DNA of 64,000 bases from contig JAGIQG010000043.1 of assembly GCA_024679065.1 (NCBI GenBank), forward strand, positions 2,046,001 through 2,110,000. Reading direction: 5' to 3'. Shown here piece after piece: positions 24,898 through 38,300 of this stretch. The translations under genes and the position numbers were made by a program. The stretch comes from Sphyrna mokarran. Its lineage: Eukaryota. The first letter of the stretch is position 1. Each line of letters starts with the position of its first letter. The notes under the pieces are model-generated. The model was given only the letters and a program-made list of their open reading frames with translations. It had not been told where the DNA came from and ran no database searches.

Positions 24898-26093
24898 GAA
24901 GTTTTGAGAAAGTGACCAGAGAGGTGGATGGGGGTAAGGCGGTTGATGTAGTATATATGGACTTTAGTAAGGCTTTTGATAAGGTGGCCCATGGAAGACT
25001 TCTACAGAAAATGCAGATGTGTGGAATAGAGGGTGATTTAGCTAATTGGATTAGAAATTGGCTGGCAGATAGAAGACAGAGGGTGTGGTTGATGGGAGAT
25101 TTTCATCGTGGAGTTCGGTGACGAGTGGTGTGCCTCAGGGGTCTGTTTTGGGGCCCCTGCTGTTTGTAATTTTTATAAATGATCTGGTGAGGGTATTGAG
25201 GATGGATCAGTAATTTGCAGAGATACTAAAGTTGGTGGTGTGGTAGATAGTGAAGAGGGGTGTTTTAGTTTACAGAGTGACTTGGACAAGTGCAGAGCTG
25301 GGCCGAGAGGTGGCAAATGGAGTTTAATGTGGAAAGTGTGAGGTAATGCACTTTGGCAGGAACAAAAATGTGTAGAGTATAGGGCTAATGGTAGGGCTCT
25401 TAATAGTGTTGAGAACAGAAGGATCTTGGTGTATGTGTCAATAGATCCCTGAAAGTAGGCAGTCAAGTGGATAAAGTTGTTAAGAAGGTATGGAGTCTTA
25501 GCTTATTGGTAGGGGGATTGAATTAGGAGCCGCAGCATCATGTTGCAGCTGTACAAAACTCTAGTGCGGCCGCACTTGGAGTATTGTGTGCAGTTCTGGT
25601 CGCCACATTATAAGAAAGATGTGGAGGCATTGGAGAGGGTACAGAGGAGGTTTACTAGGATGTTGCCTGGTATGGAGGGCAGGTCCTATGAGAGAGGTTG
25701 AAGGATTTGAGGGTTTTCGTTAGAAAGAGGCGGCTAAGGGGGGATCTTATTGAAGCATATAAGATGATTAGAGGTTTGGATAGGTGGACAGTGATAGCCT
25801 TTTTCCTAGGATGGAGAAAGCTAGCACGAGGGGACACAGCTTTAAATTAAGGGTAGAGTTATAGGACGGATATCAGAGGTAGGTTCTTTACTCAAAGAGT
25901 GATTAGGGAGTGGAATGCCCTGCCTGCAGCTGTTGTGGATGCGCCAAGTTTGGTGGCGTTTAAGAGGTTAGTTGATAAGTATATGGATGAGAAGGGAATG
26001 GTTTAGTTAGGAGGGGCATTGCTTTTTATTTTGGTCGGCACAACATCGAAGGCCGAAGGGCCTGTTCTGTGCTGTATTGTTCTATGTTCTATG
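24898..26093 (+). mobile_element. CR1 (HER1-like) LINE 3' part with many 1-bp deletions
   Basis: Near-identical to the reverse complement of 31022-32240 apart from indels. Confidence 0.93.
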
Positions 26094-26569
26094 AAGTCGA
26101 TATTCCGGCAGAATTCCCAGGTTGGAGTCTCTGTACCCAATACAAAATTACATTAGTTGTCCCTTTAATCAATGCCCGATTTCATAATCATCCCAAGTTT
26201 AAGTTACGTAGACCGCAAAACAGAACAGCACAGGACAGGCCCTTCGGCCATTCGATGTTGTGCCGAGCTGTGTCCAAACTCAAGATCAAGCTACCCCACT
26301 GCCTATCATTCCGGTTATATTTGTTTTAGCTAACTTACTGACACAATCAGTCCTTGAGTTATACAATTTAATTCTAGCAGGGTGATCAGCCATTCATTTT
26401 GAAACTATCATTACTACATTATTTAAATGCCCATTTCATCCTTAAAACTTACATTAAAATGTTAGCCGCTCGGTATTCTTATCTCGAGTATTTTAAGATC
26501 AAATATTCCCTCCCTCCCTCAAACACCGCTTCCATGGTGTTACACATCTCGTTCATATTTCCACCCAAG

Positions 26570-26730
26570 TTTCTCTGGAGAGCAATGTCAACTCAATATC
26601 GAATTCCCCAAATGCTCTACTTTCACTGGCATTGCTCTCCTCTAATACGTTCAGGAGTTTTCCGAAAATGCTAATACCATTCCAGAACTTTGGTGTTTGG
26701 AACTGAAGGAAAGGTGGAAAATATATGCAA
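26570..26730 (+). pseudogene. Possible VJ exon 3' remnant
   Basis: One frame SGVFRKC*YHSRTLVFGTEGKVE followed by GTAATG at 26731. Confidence 0.35.
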
Positions 26731-26829
26731 GTAATGTTTCATAAGTGCTTATCCAAACTTGTTTGATGTAAGACTAAATGCTTCAATTAATAAACTGAGG
26801 GATTCTATGTGACATTTCGCAGACATTAA

Positions 26830-27115
26830 GTGTAAGTGTTCGAGTGTGTATCAATGTATGAGGGAGTGTGTTTATATGTGAGGGAGTGTGAGTAAGTGTG
26901 TGTGTCAGTGAGTCAGCTTAATATGTAAGTGTGAGTGTGTGTCAGTATATGAATTTATCTGTGTGTATGTGCGCGAGTGTATGTCTGTTTTTTGTCTGTG
27001 TGTCTATAAGCGTGGGCATGAGTGTGTGTGTGTGTGTGCACGTCAGAATGTCAGTGCGTTTGAAAGTGTGTTTAAGTGCATGAGTGTGTATGTATGCGTT
27101 TATATATGTTTAACA

Positions 27116-27148
<33 letters not shown>

Positions 27149-28670
27149 TCTTTGTGTGTGTGTGTGTGTACATGTGTGTATCAGTGTATTTATGTGCATG
27201 AGTGTGAACAAAGAACAAAGAATATTACAATACAGAAACAAACCCTTCGGCCCACCAAGTCTGTGCTGACACTGATTCCTCTCTCGTCTAATATTTTNNN
27301 NNNNNNNNNNNNNNNNNNNNNNNNNNNNNNNNNNNNNNNNNNNNNNNNNNNNNNNNNNNNNNNNNNNNNNNNNNNNNNNNNNNNNNNNNNNNNNNNNNNN
27401 NNNNNNNNNNNNNNNNNNNNNNNNNNNNNNNNNNNNNNNNNNNNNNNNNNNNNNNTGTATGAATGCGTGTGTGTGAATGTATAAGTGTATGTGCAAGTGT
27501 TTGTGAGTGTCTGTGGCTGTGTGTGTGTGAGAGAGAGACTGTGTATGTGTGTGTGTGTGTGTGTCACTGAGAGAGAGAGAGCATGTGTCGGTGTATGCAT
27601 TTGTATGTGTGTGTTTGTGTGCGTCATTAGGAGACGCTGTTATTCAAAACAACAAGAAGTTAGCTTGACCCTCCGAACCCGCAAGAAGTTTTTTTTTTCA
27701 GTAATACCCATACAGAGCAAATCCTCTCACCACTAGAGGAGCCAGAAAACCGTTTTCCATTTTTTTTGAAGCAATGAACTGTGAGGAATTGGGAACATTT
27801 CCCTTTCAACATGGGACGGCAGAGACTGACAGGATACAGAAGTGTGTGTGTGTGTGTGTGTGTGTGTGAATATGTGTGTATCAGTGTATTTGTGAGCATG
27901 AGTGTGAGCAAAGAACAAAGAATATTACAATACAGAAACAAAACCTTTGGTCCACCAAGTCTGTGCTGACACCGATGCCTCTCTAGTCTAATATTTTCTT
28001 GTCAGNNNNNNNNNNNNNNNNNNNNNNNNNNNNNNNNNNNNNNNNNNNNNNNNNNNNNNNNNNNNNNNNNNNNNNNNNNNNNNNNNNNNNNNNNNNNNNN
28101 NNNNNNNNNNNNNNNNNNNNNNNNNNNNNNNNNNNNNNNNNNNNNNTGGATTGATTGGTCATGTCTAACAGCCAAATAGTTCTGTTTACTGACTAGATAT
28201 TTCAATTTGAAAAGTAATCTTATTTAATCCAAATTTAATTATTTTCTTATTAATCATCATCCCTCGTGAAAGCAGATACGTGTTTGATACCCAATGAATA
28301 AACAGATAGGAATCTAATTTCTATATTTATATATTTCCCTAATACAAAATGTTTTACAGGTTTAGGGCGGGGTTGCAGCACCGGACTCTTTACTGAGAGG
28401 TGGGTGTTGCTGTATTGAAAACGCTGCTAATCAAAGAGAGGCGAATCACAAACGGATTCAATAAGAATGGAACCACTGCGAGTGGCGACTGAAATCTTAC
28501 TTTCAATGTGATGTGAAACGCGTGTGATACACTCAACACACAACGAAATAATCTTAAACAAAGTTGTTTCCGGTAATGTCGCGTCCAATGAAATTCTGAC
28601 AGTCCCAGCAGAGATTGTGGATTTGTAAATGTCCGTTCCTGACATCATCCAGTAGTGGGAAGAGTGTTAA

Positions 28671-28722
<52 letters not shown>

Positions 28723-29252
28723 TGTGTGTGTGTGTGGTGATTCTGACGTTACCCAGCAGAGGGTAGATTGGTTAAGGTGTGTGTACTTTTGTGTACGAGA
28801 CGGTAAGAGAAACAGAGAGAAAGGTTGAGAGGAATTCTGGCTATCTGTGTGTCTGCGTGGGTATGTGATTCTGATATTATCAGGAAAGGCTGGATNNNNN
28901 NNNNNNNNNNNNNNNNNNNNNNNNNNNNNNNNNNNNNNNNNNNNNNNNNNNNNNNNNNNNNNNNNNNNNNNNNNNNNNNNNNNNNNNNNNNNNNNNNNNN
29001 NNNNNNNNNNNNNNNNNNNNNNNNNNNNNNNNNNNNNNNNNNCCAGCAGAGGGTAGATTGGTAAAGGCACGTGTGTTTCTTTGTGTGTACATGTGTCTGT
29101 GAAAGAAAAAGACAGGCAGATAGACAGATAAATTGTGGCTGTCTCTGTGTCTGCGGGGGTGTGTGATTCTACCATTATCAAGCAAAGGGTAGATTGATAA
29201 AACTATGTTTGCGTGATGGGGAGAGAGAACGATAAAGGTTATGTTTGTGTGC

Positions 29253-29288
<36 letters not shown>

Positions 29289-29530
29289 GTATACTTGGTT
29301 GTGTTATTCTGACAGTATCCAACAGAAGGTACATTGGTAAAAGTGTGTGTGTGTTCGCCCGTTTACACGTGTGTGCTTGTGATTCAGAGAGCGAGAAAGA
29401 CCCTGGTTACGCCTGTGTGCGAGAGAAATTCTGCTTGTGTGTGCGTCTGTGCGTGTGTATGTCAGGGAGGCAGAGAGATTTCGGCTGTGTGTGCGCCTTT
29501 GTATGAGTGACAGAGACAGAGAGATTCTAG
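26830..29530. repeat. (GT)n/(GA)n microsatellite-rich region with local duplications and three N gaps
   Basis: Long TG runs; 27170-27297 resembles 27870-28005; 28740-28895 resembles 29043-29200. Confidence 0.9.
28360..28650 (+). pseudogene. Possible B-type V exon remnant
   Basis: TTTTACAG acceptor; LFT..EVG as in gene B LFTVTAEVG; SGNVASNEILTV..DCG. Confidence 0.3.
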
Positions 29531-29551
29531 CTGCGTGCAGGTCTATGTGTT

Positions 29552-30720
29552 GATTGGATTTATTATTGTCACATGTATGAGTATACAGTGAAAGATATTG
29601 TTTCATATGTGCTCTACATACAAAGCACTAGAGAAAGAAAGGAGAGGGTGAGATTGCAGTGTTACAGTCAGAGTTATGGTGTAGAGAAAGATCAACTATC
29701 AACTGAATGCAAGGTAGGTCCATTCAAAGTCTGATGGTAGCAGAAAAGCAATATCAGGAATGGTCTTGACTCGTTTAAATTCGTTCCCACTGATATAGAC
29801 TAGGGCATTTTCTCTGCTACACTTCCTGAAGTCAATGACAATCTTCTTCGTTTTGCTGACAGAGATAATTATTGCCGCATCAGTTCACCAGAATCTCGAT
29901 ATCATTCCTGCAATCCTGTCTCGTCATTGTTTGGGATCCGACTGACTTCCGTGATGTCATCAGCAAACTCGAAAAATGGAGCTGGAGGGGAATTTGGCCA
30001 GACAGTCATAGGTGTATAAGGAGTATAGTCGGGGGCTGAGAAGACAGTCGTATGGGGCACCTGTGTTGAGGATCATCAGAACAAGCATTGTTGCCTATTC
30101 TTACTGATTGTGGTCTGTGATTAGTAAGTTCAGGATCCAGGGGCAGAGGAAGGGGGCGTGGCCCAAGCCATTGAGATTGGAGATGTGCTTGGTAGGAATA
30201 ATGGTGTTGACGGCTGAGCGATAGTCAATAAAAAAGGAGCCTGGTGTAGGTGCCTTTGTTACCTCGGTGTTCCAGAATTGAGTGCAGGGCTAGAGAGATA
30301 ACGACTGCTGCGGAGCGGTTGCAGTGATAGGCAAAAAGTCGTCGATACAGGCAGTCTGGGAGGCTGGAATTGATTATGTCATGACTAGCCTTTCAAAGAT
30401 CTTCATAGTGATGGATGTCAGAGCCACATGACGATAGCTATTAAGGCACACTTTGGTAGTGGGTTGGTGATTGTCTTCTAGAAGTAGATAGGGACCTCAC
30501 GCTTTATTAAGGCTTTACTTTGGTAGTGGGTTGGTGATGGTATTGTTGAAGCAGATAGGGACTTCAGGCTGTTGGAAAGAGAGACTGAAGATGTCTGTGA
30601 ATATTCCCGCCAGCTGATCTGCACAGGATCTGAGTGCTCATCCTGGTACCCCATCCCAGCCCATCGCTTTCCGTAGGTTCACCTTCGAGAAGACTGATCT
30701 GGCATCTGTAATGGTGACAT
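29552..30720 (-). mobile_element. Rex1/Babar-type LINE RT fragment with 3' tail
   Basis: Antisense LFIDY.SA.NTIIP, LNTGAP, LYSLYT, FADD; tail TGACAATAATAAATC. Confidence 0.8.
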
Positions 30721-31021
30721 CTGCAATGATAGGGCTTTGTGACCATGACCCGCCACGTCTGCATCTGAGCAGACTGGGAAAATTAGTAATTCTAGATTTG
30801 AGCAAATGGATGTGGTTGTGATTTCAGCTATAAATAGCCAACAGAATGAATTTTCAAAAGGTGATGGAAAAATAAGCCAACAATACAGATTCCGAGAGCC
30901 GAGGAGAGTTGTAAAGCCACTTCTAATAAATTGGCTGAAAACAATTTAGTGCTGGAATCTGAAATAGAAGCAGGAAATTCTGGAAAATCTCAGCAGGTCT
31001 GAGAGCATCAGTGGAGAGACA

Positions 31022-32776
31022 ATAGAACATAGAACATAGAACATTACAGCACAGAACAGGCCCTTCGGCCTTCGATGTTGTGCCGACCAAAATAAAAAGC
31101 AATGCCCCTCCAAACTAAACCATTCCCTTCTCTTCCATATACTTATCAATTAACCTCTTAAACGCCACCAAACTTGGCGCATCTACAACAGCTGCAGGCA
31201 GGGCATTCCACTCCCTAATCACTCTTTGAGTAAAGAACCTACCTCTGATATCCGTCCTATAACTCATACCCCTTAATTTAAAGCTGTGTCCCCTCGTGCT
31301 AGCTTTCTCCATCCTAGGAAAAAGGCTATCACTGTCCACCCTATCTAAACCTCTAATCATCTTATATGCTTCAATAAGATCCCCTCTTAGCCGCCTCCTT
31401 TCTAACGAAACAACCTCAAATCCTTCAACCTCTCTTCATAGGACCTGCCCTCCATACCAGGCAACATCCTGGTAAACCTCCTCTGTACCCTCTCCAATGC
31501 CTCCACATCTTTCTTATAATGTGGGGACCAGAACTGCACACAATACTCCAAGTGCGGCCGCACTAGAGTTTTGTACAGTTGCAACATGATGCTGCGGCTC
31601 TAAATTCAATCCCCCTACCAATAAAAGCTAAGACTCCATATGCCTTCTTAACAACTTTATCCACTTGACTGCCTACTTTCAGGGATCTATTGACACATAC
31701 ACCAAGATCCTTCTGTTCCTCAACACTATTAAGAGCCCTACCATTAGCCCTATACTCTACACATTTATTGTTCCTGCCAAAGTGCATACCTCACACTTTT
31801 CCACATTAAACTCCATTTGCCACCTCTCGGCCCAGCTCTGCAACTTGTCCAAGTCACTCTGTAAACTAAAACACCCCTCTTCACTATCTACCACTCCACC
31901 GACTTTAGTGTCATCTGCAAATTTACTGATCCATCCCTCAATACCCTCATCCAGATCATTTATAAAAATTACAAACAGCAGGGGCCCCAAAACAGACCCC
32001 TGAGGCACACCACTCGTCACCGAACTCCACGATGAATATCTCCCATCAACCACCACCCTCTGTCTTCTATCTGCCAGCCAATTCCTAATCCAATTAGCTA
32101 AATCACCCTCTATTCCACACATCTGCATTTTCTGTAGAAGTCTTCCATGGGCCACCTTATCAAACGCCTTACTAAAGTCCATATATACTACATCAACCGC
32201 CTTACCCCCATCCACCTCTCTGGTCACTTTCTCAAAAAACTCAATGAGGTTAGTAAGGCATGACCTACCCTTCACGAAACCATGCTGACTATCCCCAATC
32301 AATTCATTTCTCTCTAAATAACTATAAATCCTATCCCTAATAATTCTCTCCAATACCTTGCCCACAACAGAAGTAAGACTCACTGGCCTATAATTCCCTG
32401 GAAGGTCTCTCTTCCCCTTCTTAAACAATGGGACCACATTCGCTATCCTCCAGTCCTCCGGAACCACACCCATAACCAACGAGGACCTGAAGATCAGCGC
32501 CAGAGGCTCTGCAATCTCCTCTCTTGCCTCCCAGAGAATCCTAGGGTAAATCCCGTCCGGCCCAGGGGACTTATCCAACTTCAAACCCTCGAGAATTTCT
32601 ACACATCCTCCCTATCTACTACAATACTTCCCAATTTGCAACCCTGTACCTCAGTGTTCTCCATAGCTACATTTCCAGCACTCTGCGTGAATACCGAAGA
32701 GAAATATTTATTCAGTGCGTCACCAATCTCTTCAGGCTCCACGCACAACTTCCCACTGCTGTCTATGACTGGCCCT
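31022..32776 (-). mobile_element. CR1 (HER1-like) LINE inserted in a Penelope-like fragment, TSD CAATAG
   Basis: ORF 31757-32584 RT; CAATAG at 31020 and 32777. Confidence 0.95.
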
Positions 32777-33299
32777 CAATAGGAAATAGGAACAACGTTT
32801 CTGAGCTGTGGGTTCTGAATAACCCTTTGTCAGAGCCGAGGCTGAATTTGGTGTCCAGAACTTCCATCAACAGTTTCAGATTGTTTATTTAATTAGCTAC
32901 CAAACATAAACACAATTGGTGTTATCAAATTGTCCCTAAATTAGTCTTCCCTAAATATTCCCCAATAGGTGTAGACAAAGGTTTAGGTAGACGTGTGCAC
33001 TCGCAATGTTAAAATGGTGGCGCGGGCTTGTTGGGTGTTTTCCGTGTGGTGTTGTTCTTTGTAATACCTATTAAGCCTCTACAAGTGGGTAAGGCAATTC
33101 CACATTCCTTCTCCACCTACCACCAGTCCCACCTCCCTTTCTCCCCAAAGTCTCTGTCCCGATATAGCTCTACTTTATTGTCAGCCTACAAATATCTTCA
33201 GGAACAGCGATCCGGAATCCAGATAGTTAATGTTGATGCATTGCAACATCTCTGGTTGCCACAAGCCTGGCTCACTTACCAGCATTAGAAGGGGATAAT

Positions 33300-34040
33300 G
33301 AAGGCTCTCAATATTTTGGGGACCTTTCCAGTGGCCAGAGTGCAAATTAACGTCTCTAATGATTCTATCTGACCTAAAATTAGTCAGTGATCCTGCATGG
33401 CGGATCCGAAGGACCATCCTTGGAAACATGAAAACATACCTCATTAAGGAAGCTTACTTCATGCGGAGGACGGGGTCACTCCTCGGCTGTCCGATTATTT
33501 TTCCGCCCTCCGCACGGCCTCCAAGTCAACGAAATAAGGGTCTCCCTGAGATTATTTGAAAAAACGCGCTGGTTTGGAGCTTCGTCCGAGATATCTTCCA
33601 GATGTTGTTATCACAGTTGGTGAACCAATGTGATCGGTGCCAGGAAAATCAAATACGCCCTCCCTTAGCTTTCCTACACATCTGGGAGTGCCTTGGAAGG
33701 GCCATGAGTGCCTATGGGCATTAATGAGTTCCTCGGGTTTAATCGTGGTGCACTTCTACTTAAATGGATTGCAGATGCACCGAGAGGGCTACACTACTTT
33801 TCAGACATTGATCTAGATATTATGGCATACCAAGGTACCAGTGTAGAAGGAATACCAGGATGACTGTTTTCCTACAAACGGCGAGGACTTTACTGGCGCT
33901 AATGTCTAACAATGCATGCTCTCCAAAGGTTACCAACATATTTTAGCAGCACCTGATCACTTTTCAACCATAGGCTAGTGGAAAGTACGGTTCATGACTT
34001 CAATGATTGTATGACAAAGCAACTGGCGGCATGCTTAGGA
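33300..34040 (+). mobile_element. Decayed Gypsy LTR-retrotransposon integrase fragment
   Basis: VNQCDRCQENQ.RPPLAFLH.W, LIVV..Y.KW, APDH..LVES.V. Confidence 0.65.
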
Positions 34041-34042
34041 GA

Positions 34043-35735
34043 CTGGTAAGCTAATGGAGAGGATCCTCAGGGACAGGATGTATGAACATCTGGAGCGCTG
34101 CGATCTGATCAGGGATACGCAGCATGGCTTCGTTAAGGGGAAGTCGTGCCTTACAAATCTAGTGGAATTTTTTGAAGAGGTGACAAAAACAGTTGATGAA
34201 GGACAAGACGTTGATGTCGTCTACATAGATTTCAGTAAGGCGTTTGACAAGTTTCCTCATGGTAGGCTGATAGAAAAGGTGAAGGCGCATGGGATACAGG
34301 GCCAGGTATGTTGATGGGTTGAGAACTGGCTTGGGAGGAGGAGACAGCGGGTAGTAGTGGAAGGCTCTTTTTCCAACTGGAGGTATGTCACTAGCGGCGT
34401 GCCACAGGGCTCTTCTATTTGTGGACCTCTTCTATTTGTGGTTTATATAAATGACTTGGAAGAGGGGGTAGGTGCTGTGATCAGCAAATTTGCTGATGAC
34501 ACTAAGATGCTTGGATTGGCAGGAACTGAGGAGCAGTGCCAGCCAATCCAACAGGACAATAGATAGGCTGGTAGATTGGGAAGATAGATGGCAAATGGAA
34601 TTTAATCCGGATACATGCGAGGTGATGCATTTTGGCTGGAAAAATGTAGCGGGGAGTTATAGGATAAAAGGTAAAACTATCCGGAGTATAGAGATGCAGA
34701 GAGACCTGGAGGTGCAGGTTCACAAGTCTCTGAAGGTGTCAGTACAGGTGGAGAATGTGATAAAGAAAGCGTATGGTATGTTAGCCTTCATAGGAAGGGG
34801 TATAGAATACAAGCGTAGAAGTCTAATGTTGCAAGTGTATAGAACGTTGGTTAGGCCTCACTTGAGGTACTGCATCCAGTTCTGGTCGCCTTACTACCGG
34901 AAGGATGTGGAGGCCCTGGAGAGAGTGCAGAGGAGATTTACCAGGATGCTGCCTGGTATGGAAAGGCTGTCTTACGAGGAAAGATTGAACGCACTGGGGT
35001 TGTTTTCCCTTGAAAGACGTCGGCTGAGAAGGGATCTATTAGAGGTATATAAGATTATGAGGGGTATAGATAGAGTAAATGGTGGTAAGCTTTTTCCACC
35101 CTTAGATTCGGATAGAACGAGGGGTCACGGCCTTAGGGTGAGGGGGGCTATGTATAAGACTAATATTAGAGGGCATTTTTTCACACAAAGGGTAGTGGGG
35201 TGTGGAATGCACTACCGAGTAAGGTGGTGGGAGCAGGCACGCTAGGGTTGTTTAAGGGTCTCTTGGACAGCCACATGAACGGTCTGCAGATAGAGGGATA
35301 TAGTAGGACTGTTTAAATATCATATTTGTTTCCACAGGATGTTCGATTCACCTTGTTGACCAACAAGGGCATGCATGCGGCAGGTCGTGCGAGAGCTGCT
35401 CTTGGATGTTGCTTCAGGAGTGGCCTAGTGCTTCACGTCGGTAGTGTATGCTTAAACTGGACCATCTGATGGGCACCATGACAGCTCAGGGACTATCGCT
35501 GTTGCTGTGCAGAGACATGGATTTGGGCCTGTGTCTGCGGGAGTTTGCGCGTTCTCCCCGTGATTGCGTGGGTTTTCTCCGGGTGCTCCGGTTTCCTCCC
35601 ACATCCCAGAAATGTGCTCTTAGGCTGATTGGGTAACAAATTGGTCCCTATATGTCATTAAGACGTTAGGACGGTGGCGCGCGCTCGTTGGGCCGAAGTT
35701 TCCGGTGCTGTGTTGTTCTTTGTTGTTGTTCTTTG
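34043..35735 (+). mobile_element. CR1 LINE 3' part with long V-SINE-core-containing 3'UTR
   Basis: RT ORF fragments 34054-35245; 3'UTR to a TTGTTCT-type tail. Confidence 0.93.
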
Positions 35736-37384
35736 TACTGGACTGGCACGTTTTATGCTCGATTGCTGGAGAACAACAGGCACAACAACAAGTTTTGTTC
35801 CAGTGGATCTGTTAGTGGGAAGAGTTTCATGTGAGATTGAGTATGCACCATCTGTAACTCCCTACGAATTACCTGGGCTTGCAAAATCTCACCAACTGTC
35901 CTGGCTGGAGACAATATACACCTTTTTAACCTGCGCTTAAACCTCTCTCCACTCACATTGCCTGCGCCTTCGATACTTGATTATCTGTAAAGTCTCGCAA
36001 TCCAACCATTACTTTGTAAATTGAGTTTGTGTCTTTATAAGCCCTGATTGTGAAAAGAACTCCCATTTACCTGATGAAGGGGCAGTGCTCCTGAAGCTCG
36101 AAGCTTGTGCTACCAAATCAACTTGTTTGACTTTAATCTGATGTTGTGAGACTTCTTACTGAGCCCATATTGAAAATAGATGCGTCTCCTTGGTAATTAT
36201 CCCTCACTGCAAAGACGCTGTTCTCACCTCAATCCAGAATTAGACTCTTAAAGCCTTTGTCCTTTCCAGTTAACATCCCATTTCCAACATCCCTTTCCTC
36301 GCCAACGCCCTCCAATATGCTGTAAGATTTCATTTCCACACTCAGCTTCACCATAATTCCATTCCTGCCTCCCTCCAATCAGTTGCCTTTACAGGCCACG
36401 GTCCATTTCAAGGTCTCACATGTCATTTGGAATAGCGACTCCGATAATCTCTGCGTCCACATCATTCTCCACATGTAGCCAGCAGCAGGGTTGACAATAC
36501 TGCCCTTCTCCAATACCTGTCCAACTTGATTGAACTGACCTTGGCAGGATTCCATTCGGAGCTATTGAATCGTAATCCAAAACCAAAAGCAAACATCTCT
36601 CTGTCTGTACTTTTAACTCTTGAGTCCAGATCAATCGAAGATTGTTCCACTTCGAATTGTCACCTGCAGCTAAATATCGATGCACTATGTTCCGTTCCAA
36701 ACTCCTCCGTTACTGAGACCTTCCGTTCCAGCATGCAACAAGACATGGGCAATGTAAAGGATTGGTCAGGTGAGTAAAGCAGCCCCAATTGATTGTTTCA
36801 CACACAATTCACATTCACTCCCTCTTCCACCAATGCACAGTGACAGCCGTGAGTACCACGGGCAAGATGCACTGCAGCAATTTTTCCCATTGAAAGCAAT
36901 TTTCATCCCTCTGTTACCCTTGTCCTTTGATTAACACGAAGGGCAAGGACAGCAGGCGCGAGGGAAAACTAGCACTTGGAGACTTCCCTCCAAGTCTCAC
37001 ACCATTCTTATTTGAAAGTAGATCATCCTCCCTTCACTGTCGCTGGGGATACAATTTTGCGCACTTCTCTAATAGCACAGTGGCACTTCTCTAATAGCAC
37101 ACCACAGGGAAATCAGTATTATGACTAGTTTCCTTATCTTTATTTGAAGATTGTTGTAGTGACATTGGACGCAGTTCAGAGGGGATTCACTAGGTTTATT
37201 CCAGTGATGAAGGGATAAAGAGAGATTGAAACGTTTAGGCATATACTCTCTACAACTGAGAAGAATGGGGGGAGATCAAATTCAGGGGTATGACATGATG
37301 TAAGTATGGATAAAGTGGAGATGGAGCGGATGCATCCTCTTTTGGGGCGTTCTGACATGTTCAATTACTTCAAATAATTCCCAT

Positions 37385-37850
37385 TTCCTGTTCGTTGCCA
37401 CGAATGGCAGTGGGAGTCAATGTACCTTTACAGAGAAACAAACAGCAGTGATGATGCTGAATCAGACTCTGGAATAGTTCCCTGATAATCTGATGTACTG
37501 AGGTAGGGTGGTCGTGGCAGCAACCGTTTCTGAAAAGGAATGCAGTGTCAAGAAAGAGATCTCCGCATTTCAAAGAAAACAGAGTCGGAACCGCAATGAA
37601 ATAGATGATGCTGTCAATCATATTGGGTGCCTAGGGCCTCAACAACATGAAGGCTTTTCCCGTATTTTTGTGTGTTGCAAAAATATACTTTATTGGTAAA
37701 ATATCTGGAAGCACATCACATCATTTCAAAATGGACGTCACCAAAAGTGCAAAAAACGGTTCAAGAGGCAATGGAAATTCGTTATGCCCACTGTGGAACT
37801 CATCAGAGTTTACAGAAGATCCATGGAAAGCATCCATTTTCTATGTATCA
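37385..37850 (+). pseudogene. Possible decayed V 3' end plus C1 remnant
   Basis: GSGSQCTFT..DSGI..GRGS; MKAFPVFLCV vs gene A MKSVPLLCL; IISKW; ..EDPWK. Confidence 0.35.
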
Positions 37851-37859
37851 CAGCTTGTT

Positions 37860-38300
37860 ATGTGTCCTGGTCCAAGACCGCAAGAAATTATCATGAGTCG
37901 TGAACGTCGCTCAGTCCGTCGTGCAAACCACCTCCCATCCATTGGCTCTGTCTACACTTCCCGCTGCCGCAGGAAAGGAGCCAGCTTAATTAAGGACCCA
38001 ACGCACCCTGGACATTCTGTCCTTCATCAACTTCTACGCGGGACATGACACAAAAATCTGCAAACATGTACTAACCGATTCGAGGGCAGCTTCTTCCCTG
38101 ATGCTATCGGACTTTAGAAAGGTCCTATCACATATTAAGCTGAACTTTGTCCACAATTCGGTAACTGCAGCATTATATTGTGCACTCTCTCTTTTCTTTA
38201 CCTCCACATACTCTTTGAATGGTATGTCTTGTCTGTATGGTGCGCAAGAGATAATACATTTCACTGTATCCTAATATATGTGACAATAACAAGTCACATC
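37860..38300 (+). mobile_element. Rex1/Babar 3' fragment
   Basis: LPSIGSVYTSRC..IKDPTHPGHS. Confidence 0.75.

Noticed and set aside
26939-29506. Cys/Val- or His/Thr-rich ORFs
   Set aside because: Translations of (GT)n microsatellite and N gaps.
35428-35475. U6 snRNA-like stretch in the CR1 3'UTR
   Set aside because: Partial similarity in one copy only; not retained in sibling copies near 17990 and 44080.
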